From Leucoraja ocellata (lineage: Eukaryota): a stretch of DNA of 64,000 nt. The notes beneath the pieces were generated by a model. It had not been told where the DNA came from, did no database searches, and saw only the letters and a program-made list of their open reading frames with translations. The position numbers and the translations under genes were made by a program. Below are positions 26,270 through 37,845 of this stretch, piece after piece (the stretch's first letter is position 1; the number at the start of each line of letters is the position of its first letter). Where the stretch lies: the NCBI GenBank assembly GCA_036785375.1, contig JAWMAR010000040.1, forward strand, positions 806,001 to 870,000. Direction: 5' to 3'.

Positions 26270-27275
26270 TTTTTATTATGTGTACCGAGATACAGTGCAA
26301 AACCTTATTTAGTATACTATTCAGGAAGATTCATACCACGCATGAGTACGACATGTAGTGTAAAAGAGAAAGTAAAGTGCAGAGTACACAGCTGTAGAGA
26401 AAGTACAGATTTAAAAAAAGGACCACTAAGAAATATATTGGAAGATCAAGAGTATGTCCTTGGCATACGAGAGATTTGTTCAAAAGTCTGATAGCAGAGG
26501 GAAATAAACTTTTCATTAGTCTGGTGGTACATGGTTTAGCACCTTCTGCCTGATGGGATAGAGGAGAAGAGAGGATGTTTGGGGTGTCAGTGGTCCTGGA
26601 TGGACATGTGATGGACTGGGCTGTATCCACAGCTCTCTGCAGTTCCTTGCAGTCTTAAGCAGAGCAATTGCCACACCTAGCTGTGATGCAACCTAATGGG
26701 ATGCCTTCTCTGCTCCACCTGTAGAAATCAGCGAGTCATTGGGGATATGCCACAGATCCTTCATATTTTAAGGAATTGTTGTGCTTTCGTTCCCATACAA
26801 TCAATGTGATTGGAGCAGCTCAAATGGTTGGTGATGTTTCTAACTGGGAAGTTGTGGCACTCGACTATGTTCATTGACATAGACTGTGCTGTGTCTTTCC
26901 CCCCCCCCCCCCCCCCCCCCACACTTCCTGAGCTCGATGCCAGCTCCTTCATTTCACTGATGTCAGGGAGAGGCTGACGTCATGACACCATGCACCTCGG
27001 CTCTCTATCTCCTTTCTGTACTCCATCTAGTTATTGTTTGAGATTGGCCCACTACAGTGATGTAATCTGCAAGTTCATAAATGAAGTTAGAGCAGAATTT
27101 AGCCATGCGGTGGTGAGTGTGAAGGAGACATAGTAACGGGCCGAGGATACAGCCTGGCAGCCCACCGATGTTGAGGATTATTGTGGAGGATGTTTTGTTG
27201 CCTTTCCTCACTTTGCAGTCAATGGGTCAGGAAGTCAAGGATCCAGTTGTAAAGCCGGGTGCTAAGTCCTCGGTC
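26270..27275 (-). mobile_element. Old Rex1/Babar-like LINE RT and 3' fragment
   Basis: ILNIGGLPGCILGPLL...ELADYITVVG and TTRLMKSLFPSAIRLLN. Confidence 0.7.
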
Positions 27276-27324
27276 AAAGATGATGTTGAAATATACCAAA
27301 TTCTCACAGGCTAACAGAGTATAT

Positions 27325-28345
27325 AGAAAATCAGAGCCATACAGCACAGATACAGTCCCTTCAGCACAACTCAACTACGCTGACTGGGACGTCCCATCTA
27401 ACTTTGTCCCGTTTGCTCGCATTTGGCCCAGATCCCTCTCAACATTCCATGTACCTGACCAAGTGTCTTTTAAAAGTTGTTATTGTACCTGCCTAAGTGC
27501 CTCACATGGCAGCTCATTTCTGAGTGGAAAAAGTTGCTTCTCTGGTTCATCTGAAATCTTTCCCCTCTCACCTTAAATTGATGTCCTCTGGTTCTTGATT
27601 CCCCCTACTGTGGGTAAAATACCCTCAGCAATCACCCTCTCTAGTCCCCTCATGATTTTATACACCTCTATAGGATCTCCTCTTACCCCCCTGCACGTTA
27701 CGTAATAAAGTCTGAGCTTGCCAAACTCTCCCTGTAACTCAGATCCTCAAGTCCTGGCAACATCTTCGCAAATCTTCTCTGTGCTCTTTCCAACTTAATG
27801 ACATCCTTCCTATAGCAGGGTGACCAAATCTGAACACAATTCTCCACCTCACCAATGTTTTGTTAAAATATAATATGACGCCCCGACTACTGTACTAAAT
27901 ACCCTGACTGATGAAGACCAATATACCAAAAGCCTTCTTTACTATTCTATCTGCCTGTGATGCTTCGTTCAGGAAATTGTGTACCTGTACACCTATATTT
28001 CTACAACACTTGCCCAGGCCCTACCATTTACAGTGAAGGCCTGGTTCGGCTTCTGAAAATGCAACACCTCATACCTATCTGTATTTAACTCCATGCACCA
28101 TTCTGTAGCCCACTTACCCAGCTGATCAAGATCCTGCTGTAATTTTTGTTAACCATCTTCACTGATATAAACCACAAGCAGCAATGGGCCCAGCACCAAT
28201 CCCTGAGACACAACTCAGTTCTCAGGCCTCCAGTCCAAAAAACAATGTTCCACCACCTGTTTCTTTCCATGAAGTCAACTCTGTATCGAGGCAGCTGGCT
28301 CTCGCTGGATGCCATGCAATCTCATCTTCCAGTGCAGCCTACCAT
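27325..28345 (-). mobile_element. Degraded CR1 RT to 3' end
   Basis: Minus-strand relics of QGxVLGPLL, plus a CR1-type 3' UTR. Confidence 0.7.
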
Positions 28346-29137
28346 GCAGAACCTTATCAAAGGTAAATGTGGGAAAGGTGTTTCTCCGAATTGAAGGTTT
28401 AGACTCGGAGTCAGATTTTCACAATAAGGATTCAGCCATTCAGGCAGTCTGGGTAGAAATAGAAGTAACCAAGCATGTTCTTGAATTCTTATCCCAATGC
28501 AGACCAGATTCAAGAGAGACAGTGACCATAACAAGCCTCTTCTCAAACTTCTTTATTATAACAATGCATCTCACCTCTAACAAGATGCTGTTAGAGATAG
28601 TACACCATAGTTAGTGGCAGTGTATACCTTATTTTACTTTTGTCAGTCAACCTCAAAGAGGATTTCTATTTACAGCAGTGTCATTTCTTCGACTTCCTGA
28701 ATCAACCATTCAGTATCCTCTGAGCCCTCTGCAGGTATAAAATATGATTGAAGTGGCCTGAATGAATTTCATGTGGGTTTCTTTCATGCTAGCAGACAAA
28801 TCGTTTCATCTCATGCTGGATTTGAGCCCACATGTTGCAGTTAAATCTTACATACTGAAAGTAAACCATTTACTAATTCTTTGGGATGTTGATGTCCGTC
28901 TGATAGCCCCGGTAGAAATTCAATGGATGTATGGTCTGGTGTCTAGTGTTATGTCTTAAGACAGAGAAAGAAAGGCTTTTACTTATCATCTCTTTCACAG
29001 CTTTGTGATGTATCAATGCTCTTTACAGACAACATGGTGTTTTTGAAATGTGGTCACTCATGTAAGACAACCAAGTCTTGCAAGGCAACCTTGCGCACAC
29101 GGCATTTTGGTAATGACTAATAATCATTTTCCGTGAT

Positions 29138-29309
29138 CATCATCTTCTTCTTATCGAGTCCACACACAAGATTAGAAGTTGTTCAGCCAGAGGTGAACAC
29201 ACTTCTCCGCATCTGCATACAATGGTGTCTGTCTTGTGCTTCTTGTGCGTGGTGGTGGAAAGATTGGTGAAAACAGGGTCGCGACGTGAACGCTCATTCC
29301 TTGACCCCC
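29138..29309 (-). mobile_element. Short non-autonomous retroposon (~170 bp) with 5' HDV-like ribozyme and (AAG)n tail
   Basis: Interrupts an older DeuSINE. Minus-strand 3' end TGGACTCGATAAGAAGAAGA. Imperfect flanking duplication ttccgtgat/ttcagcgat. Confidence 0.65.
29257..29309 (-). ncRNA. HDV-like (CPEB3-type) self-cleaving ribozyme motif lacking P4
   Basis: Minus strand: GGGGGTC AA GGAATGA GCG TTCACGT CGC GACCCT GT TTTCA CCAA TCTTTCC. P1 GGGGTC/GACCCT with first G-U wobble, P3 GCG/CGC, L3 TTCACGT, GT at P1.1, J4/2 CCAA, P2 GGAATGA/TCTTTCC (one mismatch). Confidence 0.75.
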
Positions 29310-30324
29310 TTCAGCGATGTTGATTAAGAGTTAAATATTGATTTGGACCCCAGGGAAAATTCCCCTGCTCCTTGACAAAATGGCATGTGATATTTTAACA
29401 CCATCTAAGAGAGTGGACAGAGCCTCAACCTAACCTTCCATCTGAAAGATTGATCGGATGTAATAAGGTAATATAACTGGACATGGACAAAGAGCTTTAT
29501 TAGTGCCTTAGTTGGCCAAAATAATGGTGATCTGAGCTGATGAAATTGTAAGAATGTTTATAAAATTGTGTGATATTCATAAGGGAAGCAAGGGTCTCCT
29601 GCAGCATTTAACAGTTGTATTATATTCAAGATGTGTCATAGACTAGTATCTCTCTTTAGTTTCATGAGCAGTGCAATAACTTAACTATTGTTATCCTTGG
29701 CTGTTTTTCCCTTAACCTCCTTTCCCCATTTCTTTCAATCATTTCATCCTGTTTTAGCCTCCACCATTTGTATCCTGTTAATGATTAATAACCCATTTTC
29801 TATCACTTCCTTTTATTTATTCCTGCTTTGCCTCTACTTCATGCTTCTAACCCCACTTCATTCTGTGTCTATTCTGAGAAAATATTTCCTTAAGTCACCA
29901 CGAAAAGCATTTTAACATTTTGGCTGCCTAGATTTTGGCTCTATATTAATCTATATTAATGATTGATTTGCTTAATCATTTCTCACTTTCATCTCTGATT
30001 CCCTTCCTCTTGTTTAAAAACTCTTGTCCCTCAGGTTTCAACTGCATCTTTAAAGACTAAGCAAAACTTTCCCCTTCAAACTACTGTCAACACCCCTCAA
30101 ATACAACCCGAATCAACTCCTCGGTGCTGCAGAGCTACTGGTTCATCTCTAACATCTGCTCCCTGCAACCCCACCCCCAACACCCCAAAGTGCCACCCAA
30201 TGCACTATCATGCTCATCTTACTCCAATTTCCAATTCAATTGGGTATTCATCCTTCTCCCAGCTTAGCAAATTTCCAAGTGCACTCTGTGGAACTGTGAT
30301 TGTATATTATACTTCATCCCCCAC

Positions 30325-30390
30325 TGCATTTCGTTGTCTCTGTACTGTACACTGACAATGACAATTAAAGTTGAATCTGAATCTGAATCT
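30325..30390 (+). mobile_element. Isolated Rex1/Babar-like 3' tail (~65 bp)
   Basis: Near-identical to the reverse complement of 14820-14892, including (GAATCT)n. Confidence 0.7.
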
Positions 30391-31152
30391 TTCTGCAGCT
30401 TTTGACGCTCTCTAGCCAATCCTCTCTAAACAGTTCCCCCTGTCAACCTTATTGAACTGGTTGTTCATGTCTGGTTTGTTATTCATCTCTGCAATTGTAT
30501 GCTGCATGCTGTAATAGTTTCATTTCCTTTTGCTACATTGTTACAGAGTAACCTTTCTGACTTCTACCTAAATGTTGCACCTTAGTTATAAAAACCACAT
30601 CATTACATTCATGCGCTGACAATGTCTTGCTCTGCCACCACTTCCTCTCTTTACTCCCACTGTCTTTCATTTGTTGCTTGCTTCTATAAATGCAAATTAT
30701 GGATCCGCATTAAAGCCTTCTGACGTTAAGATTTAGAAACAATTTGGGTTTTTTTTTGTCCTTGATGTATTCACTCACTTCATGCTGAAGCAGACTACTT
30801 GCAATTATGGTTTAATGTATAATCCAGAGATAAAAATCTTTCTGGTCCATCTAATTCCACCCACTGCTGACCCCGACTCTTTCTCAGCACATTTGCTGAA
30901 GCTTTCCCTCATGCCTTTTACCCTTGAGCTTGACTTGCAATGCTCTTCTGACCAACTTCACTCCCTCCGTCCAAAATTCTACTGCCATGTTCTGTCTTAG
31001 AAAAAAAGATTTATTCACTCACCATGCCTATGTTTACTGGCCCATATTGAGTGCTGGCATTTAAAATTGCTCTGAGGGGCAGAATTCGCAAGGTCTTGTG
31101 TAAAAGAATCTCGAGCAAAATACAAAGTGCTGGAAGAACTCAGGCAGTTCTC

Positions 31153-31681
31153 GCGTACAGTTTTGGTCTCCTAATCTGAGGGAGTGCAGAGAAGGTTCAC
31201 CAGACTGATTCCTGGGATGTCAGGACTTTCATATGAAGAAAGACTGGATAGACTTGGCTTGTACTCGCTAGAATTTAGAAGATTAAGGGGGGATCTTATA
31301 AAAACTTACAAAATTCTTAAGGGGTTGGACAGGTTAGATGCAGGAAGATTGTTCCCGAAGTTGGGGAAGTCCAGAAACACGGGGTCACAGTTTAGGGATA
31401 AAGGGGAAATCTTTTAGGACTGAGATGAGAAAAACATTTTTTATACAGAGAGTGGTGAATCTCTGGAATTCTCTGCCACAGAATGCAGTTGTGGCCAGTT
31501 CATTGGCTATATTTAAGAGGGAGTTAGATGTGGCCCTTGTGGCTAAAGGGATCAGGGGGTATAGAGAGAAGGTAGGTACAGGATACTGAGTTGGATGATC
31601 AGCCATGATCATATTGAATGGCGGTGCAAGCTCGAAGGGCCGAATGGCCTATTCCTGCACCTATTTTCTATGTTTCTATGT
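31153..31681 (+). mobile_element. CR1/HER1 3' end, near-identical to 4509-5135
   Basis: [25 protein letters not shown], with the same 3' UTR and tail. Confidence 0.9.
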
Positions 31682-31849
31682 ATTGAGATTCTCTCCATGG
31701 TGTAGTATCGATGGCACTGGGAGCTCCTGATATGGCTATTTTTCATCTGAGAGTTTAAACAATTGACTTCATCTTGTCCGCATGTTGCAGGAGTCTATAA
31801 TTAAATATCTGCAAGCATCCAATAACTCAAATATTTCTTGTCCATAAGC

Positions 31850-32206
31850 AAGGCTAAGATGCACCCTAGCCAATCCCTCTTCTCTCCTCTCCCAGCAGGG
31901 AAAAGGTAAAGATGTGTGAAAATGCCCACCACCAGATTCAGGGAAAGTTTCTTCCCAGCTGTTATCAGGCAACTGATTTATCCTACCACACCAGAGAGCA
32001 GTGCTGAACTACCTCTGCAATGACCCTTGGACTATCCTTGATCAGACTTTGCAGGCTTTAACTTGCACTAAACATTATTCCCTTATCATGTATCTATCCA
32101 CTGTAAATGCTTCGAATGTAATCATGAATTGTCTTTCTGCTGACAGGTTAGCACGCAACAAAGGCTTTTCACTGTACCTCGGTACACGTGACTATAAACT
32201 AAACTA
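31850..32206 (+). mobile_element. Old Rex1/Babar-like 3' end
   Basis: Relic RFRxSFFPAVIRQL. Tail CTTTTCACTGTACCTCGGTACACGTGAC and (CTAAA)n. Confidence 0.6.
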
Positions 32207-33134
32207 ACAGCCCATCTTGTAAGCCAAAACAATACCAGATTCCAGCAGCATGGTTCGAGTCGGGTCAGGACCTTGGTCCCAAAACTCTTCTGAAAGTTTT
32301 CACAACCTGTGAAGGCCAACATCCTGTTTTGCAAGATGTCAAACAAAGGTGATTTAAATGTGGCCAAATGCCTTGGAAAAAAATCTGGCAAATATAACTG
32401 AAAGAAAATGTTTTTAAAAGAAGCTAGAAAAAAGTTTTTAACAACTGAATGGGAATCTACCTTTTCCCCACAGCCCTAGAATTGCACTTAAATCAGTACC
32501 CTTGGTGGGATCTCATATATTGGTCTCTGCAGCTGGACTTCAGTAGCTTCAGAGAGCACTAAAACATTCAGCAATCATTATCGTTCAGAAAGTTTGGAAT
32601 ATCTGCATTTGATTATGGATGCAACCCCAAGATCTCAGAAATTCTAACCCACTGGAATAATGCAGATCACATTGGACGTAGTCACCTTTGTAGCTTATTT
32701 CCTGGAGATATTTAGCAATTGAAAAAACAAAGAAATGTATATTTATTTTAAAAATTGGATTAAGCTAAAGTAATTAACACTATTAATTAAAGTAAAATAA
32801 CCAAAACCACTTGGATTCCAGACGTTCGCACACTGTCGCCTGGCATCAAGCCAGAATTTCCCTCTAGAATGGTCTTACGACCATTTATTTTCCAACAAGA
32901 GATACTAATTCATAATCAAGATCTGTTATAAAGGCATAGAGTCATACAGCATGAAAACTGGCCTTTCAGCCAACCAATATGCACTATCTACACTAGTCCC
33001 ACCTGCTTGCATTTGACCCGTATCCATCTAAACATATCCTATCTACGTACCTGTCCACATGTTTCTTCAATATCGTGAGAATGTTTTTGTTATTACTTGC
33101 CTTTTGATATTATACCTTATTCAATAAATATATC

Positions 33135-33859
33135 CACCAGGAGACTTTGTCAGTGATAGCAGCCTCGTCTTTTCGTCTATTTTGTTTTAAAAAGTATGTG
33201 TTAATGTTCTCTGGTTTGTTTTGTGTGGGGACGGGGGGAAACTTTTTTTTCAATCTCTTGCCTTGCTGGAGATGCGATTGTTATGCGGAAGGTATCTCTG
33301 GTCGCTCTGCGGCCTAACATCATGGAACTGGCGGCCTTGCTCGAGTCTGACTTTGAGTCCCACCATGGGGCCGTGGACAAACAATCAGAGCCTGCGATCC
33401 CTTGCCTGTGATCGGCGCTCCAACCACGGCCTGCGGATTCTAACATCGAGAAGCTCACAGTCTTGGATAGACTGATTTTGGGAAGCTCCAAAGTCACAAA
33501 TGGTTCAACCAGCCCCGACCTGGGGTCCGATTGCCCGGCGTGGGGAGCTGAGATCTCCCCGATGCGGGAGCTTGATCGTCCCGAAGCAGAGGGCCCGACC
33601 GCCAGCTACGGAACCCAAGATTGTCCTGTCAATGGAAGGCTCGAGGCCCCCAGCCGCGGGAGAACAATAAAAGGGAAGAGATTGAACTTTTCTTTTCGCC
33701 TTCCATCACAGTGAGGAATGTGGAGGGGTCACTGTGGTGGATGTTTATGTTACAATGTATTCTGCGTGTTTTGTTGCTTTTTATTGGTATGACCATGGCA
33801 AATCAAATTCCTTGTATGTTGCAAAACATACTTGGCTAATAAAGTATGATTATGATGAT
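33135..33859 (+). mobile_element. GC-rich non-autonomous retroposon, copy B
   Basis: Same module order (GGAGATGC..GTATCTC, GCGGCCTAACA, CGCCTTCCATCACAGTGAGG). Tail GTATGTT-GCAA-AACATAC, AATAAA, (TATGAT)n. Confidence 0.65.
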
Positions 33860-34604
33860 CAAAAGTTTGTTTTCATTACTAGCGCAGATCAACCTCCGGT
33901 CAAGCAAGTTTAGCTACAGACCCCACCCTCCGTTGACAGAAGTTTATAATCCTTGTTGTTAGCTCTCTACCTCATAACTTTGTGAACAAACCATCACATT
34001 CTAATCATATGGCTTCTAGTGAGGGCGAGAGCTCAACAAATAAATTATTTAAATAAATATTGCTTCATTTTCACCTGTTTTAGGCCATGAGCTATTTAGT
34101 TCCTGATTTCTCAGAAATTAGCCTTGGGGGCATTAAGATTTTCCTACATAAGTAGTGGCCTGTGACCATGTAAGCCCAACAACGCTATGTACAGGACATG
34201 ATGTGTCTGAATCAGAACAGAAAGCTTACACCCTCGAGCAAAGCTTGGGGAACTAAGCGATCATAGTTCATAAAATGAAAAGCAAGACCTCCCCAATGGA
34301 GTTTTTAAGTTGTGTGACTTGCAACAGTAAAGAGACGTTGCTACCAACAGCCACCAACAGTCCAGAGGTCCTTTGAGAACTGAGGGGGCAGTGAAGCATG
34401 ACCAGGTCTCCAGACAAGGACCTACCCCCAGCATTTGTCACTTGTAATGTCCCTTTTTACTGTTTTTGAGTGTCCCTCATGGTCAGTGACATTCAGCAAA
34501 TGCTGAACTTGATTTAATATGAAAATTAAACTAAAAGTTAATGCATGAAAAAAACATAGTAGTTATTTAAATTAAACATAGTGTTAATTAAATTAAAACA
34601 TACC

Positions 34605-34735
34605 TAGTATAGAGATTCATCGCAGAAACAGGTCTTTCTGCCCACCGAGTTCACGCCAACCAGTGATTCCCGTAAATAACACTATCCTACACATTAGGGA
34701 CAATGTGTAATCATCACCAAAGCCGGTTAACCTGT
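34605..34735 (-). mobile_element. HE1-like SINE 3' half
   Basis: Matches 9735-9855 (GAAACAGG..CCCACCGAGT..ACACTATCCTACACA..AGGGACAAT). Confidence 0.65.
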
Positions 34736-35748
34736 GCTATGGGTGAGTGGTGGAATATTGCATTGGGGGAATGGGGTTCAACGTGTCCCACTTGGTCGAA
34801 GTAATATTGTAAACTTCTGTTAGGTTACACCACAATCTCCAATGCTCTGAGAAAACCATCCAAGTTTGTCCAACCTCTGCTTGTGGTCACAGAGATCATT
34901 GTGAGCTTGCACTTCCAACAGTTTTCTAGTTTTATGTTCTTATGACGTATTTAGCGCAGATAAGAATCTAACTAATATTGCAGCTTGATTTAGATTGTCA
35001 TATTTCTAAAACACAGCAGTTATGGTTTCAAAAATTCGTATTGAACTTGTATCTTTTTGGAATATGTTTTTTATTTATTCACATTTTATCACAACACATT
35101 TTAAATTTGAAAGTGGTAGCTGGTGAGAAGTTTCACTTTCTATGTTCCAAGCACAATTTTCATGCTCTGGAAAAAAAAGATGATAAGATGGGTAAAAGGT
35201 TTAATTTTTGCTGTAATACAATTTTGCTTGAATGATATCAAGATGTGCTTTCCAGAATGTTGGCTTCACTTCACGTACCTCTTGCCATTGTGTATAGGCA
35301 CATCCTGCTCGGGGAAACAATACTTCATATAGTCCACTGATCTGTATTTCCAGCACTTTGCACTATTTAAGATTTTTAGCATCTACCTTTTTTCGATTTA
35401 CTACGTAGGAAAGACCTGGGACAGATTGCCAAAAGTGCTCATGTGGGGTCATGTTTTCCAATAAGCGAGTTCGGGATTCCGACTGCGCATGCCCAGGTCA
35501 TAGGTCACTAGCTATAAAACACTCTTTGCAACGGTTGTGCTGCATTGTGTGCAGGCTTGCGTTTCGTCCGTTGTCGGGGTCGGCTCCCCTCCGCTGCGGG
35601 TGCTGTTGGGCTGTCCCCGTCCCCTCCACAGTGTCCCGTCCCTGTCTGGAGGTGTCCGGGTTGGCCTTGGGCTAGCGGGGCCCGACAGCTTGGCTCTGCC
35701 TGTCCCGCCGGGTTGGCCCAGGCAGCCCGCTACCTCCACCCCCTACCC

Positions 35749-36207
35749 TCAGTCCGACACCGAGAACCTGCTGATGATGGGCAACCGCAAGGCGACTCGG
35801 AGTCGCTGCTGCTGGAGTCGTCCTGGTCGGAGACAGAGTGTGGATGGGCTCCTGCAGGCCATGTATGGCCAGGCGCCCACTGGAGCTGCTGTTGATTGTG
35901 GTGCTGGCAGCAGCAGCAGGCTCCTCCTCCTCTCTTGCCCAGCCCCAAGCCCAGAGTCCTGGCCAGCTCTAACTCCAGGTCGGGGCTGAAGGCCGCCAGC
36001 TGCGCGGCCCAATCTAGAGCCAGGACGGAGGAGGCTGAGCCCAGGCTGGCACTCTGGCGCAGGCGAGTCGGGGCCCTCGCTCGTCGGGCTTGTGGATGAA
36101 GTGGCAGCGGGTACCGTAGGGGCAGAAGCCGGTGGTGTGCAAGGTACCGCTTGTGCTTGGGGTAACGGCTGAGGCCATGGGCGAACTGGCACGTCACCAT
36201 AGCGGCC
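35749..36207 (-). pseudogene. ZFP36/tristetraprolin (TIS11)-family pseudogene: tandem CCCH zinc-finger remnant through the C-terminal CNOT1-binding motif
   Basis: Minus strand, across frameshifts: [50 protein letters not shown]...SVSDQDDSSSSDSESP/RLPIISRFSVSD-stop. Collinear with family motifs CQFAHG, RHPKYKTELC, GFCPYGxRCHFIH, LRQSxSF and RLPIFxRxSxSD/E. Several short deletions remove zinc-finger residues. Confidence 0.9.
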
Positions 36208-36226
36208 CATCGGGGCGCGGGTTCCT

Positions 36227-36324
36227 CTGGAGTTGGAGTGGGGTTGGGCTGGAGTTGGAGTGGGGTTGGGCTGGAGTTGGAGTGGGGTTGGGCTGGAGTT
36301 GGAGTGGGGTTGGGCTGGAGTTGG
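36227..36324 (+). repeat. 22-bp minisatellite, about 4.5 perfect copies of CTGGAGTTGGAGTGGGGTTGGG
   Basis: Units start at 36227, 36249, 36271, 36293 and 36315. Confidence 0.95.
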
Positions 36325-36564
36325 CGCTGGCTGTGGGTTCTGTGAGTCTGGGGCCGTTTGGGTTGGCGCTTCTCCGCGACGGGCCTGGGGGCTGGTGTCC
36401 CGTCGGTCCAGACATCTCGACGGGGAAGGGACCGGGGACGGTCCAGTGGCGGTTCGGCAGTGCCTGCGGGTCTCCCCCTCCCCGGCCCGGTCTCTTCCCT
36501 GCCCCCCCCAGCCAATCACGCGGCCTCCTGCTCCCGCCCGGTCTCCCCCCCCCCCCCCCCCCCC

Positions 36565-37845
36565 ACTCCCTGACGAGTGCAATGCGTTCTACACACACTT
36601 TGAAAGGGAGAACACTGATGTGCCTTTCTGAGCCCCCATTTGCCGTGATGGTATTTCAGTCACAGTCGCAGAGGCCGACGTCAGAAGATCCTTCAGAGGG
36701 GTGAACCCTCGGAAAGTGCCAGGACCTGATGGTATACCAGGTCGTGTTCTCAAAACCTGTGCAGACTGGCTGGAGTTTTTGCGGACATTTTCAACCTCTC
36801 ACTTCAGAGGTCTGAGGTTCTCACCTGCTTTAAAAAAAGTACCTCAACGACTATTGACCAGTGGCACTAATGTCTGTGGTGATGAAGTGCTTTGAGAGGT
36901 TTATTATGGCGTATATCAACTCCTACCTCGACTAGAACCTCGACCCACTGCAATTCGCTTACCCCCACAACAGGTCAACGGTGGATGAGATCTCACTGGC
37001 TCTCCATTCCGCTCTGGACCACTTAGATAATCAAAATTTGTATGTCAGGCTGTTGTTCATAGACTACAACTCGGCATTTAATACCATCATCCCCTCCAAG
37101 CTGGTTACTGAGCTCACGGATCTGGGTCTATGCACATCCCTCTGCAATTGGATCCTCGACTTCCTCATCCACAGTTCGCCGACGACACCACTGTTGTGGG
37201 ACAAATCACAGATGGTGATGAGTCAGGGTATGGAAGTGAGATTGACCGATTGACCAAATGGTGCCAGCACAACAACCTGGCTCTCAACACCAGCAAAACC
37301 AAGGAACTGATTATGGACTTTGGAAGGGGTAGGATAGGGACCCATACTCCTCTTTATATCAATGGTGGAAAGGGTCAAATTCAAATTCCTGGACGTGCAT
37401 ACTTCTGAAGATCTTTCCTGGTCCCAGCACACTGATGCAATTGCAAACAATTGCACACTGATGCAAATGCGTCTCTACTTCCTGAGAAGATTACGGAGAG
37501 TCGGTATCTCAAGGAGGACTCTCTCGAACTTCTACAGGTGCACAGTAGAGAGCATACTGACTGGCTGCATCGTGGCTTGGTTCGGCAACTTGAACGTCCA
37601 GGAGCGGAAAAGACTGCAGAAAGTTGTGGCCATTGCCCAGTCCATCACCGGCTCTGACCTCCCCACCATCGAAGGGATCTATCGCAATTATTTATTGTGT
37701 ATATATGGTCTATGGTATATAGACATACTGAACTTTTATCTCCCGTTCTGTATTATGTTTACATATTCTGTTGTGCTGCAGCAAGTAAGAATTTCATTGT
37801 CCTATCTGGGGCACATGACAATAAAACTCTCTTGACTCTTGACTT
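36565..37845 (+). mobile_element. Rex1/Babar-like LINE, 5'-truncated RT and 3' end
   Basis: [53 protein letters not shown]. Tail TGACAATAAA(CTCTTGA)n. Confidence 0.9.

Larger units (their letters stand above)
28965..29450 (-). mobile_element. Ancient DeuSINE (SacSINE1/AmnSINE-like), interrupted
   Basis: Minus strand CTTTCAGATG...GAGCAGGGGAATTTTCCCTGGGGTCC...AATATTTA...CAACATC...CTGTAAAG...GTGAAAG resembles the recalled Deu-domain plus L2-type tail. Confidence 0.6.

Noticed and set aside
36227-36324. Direct repeats as a CRISPR array
   Set aside because: The units are contiguous with no spacers, there are no cas genes, and the DNA is vertebrate.
35730-36704. Long overlapping ORFs (261, 277 and 190 aa) as novel proteins
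   Set aside because: They result from GC-rich, stop-poor DNA, the 22-mer array and frameshifted ZFP36 pieces; none is a coherent protein.
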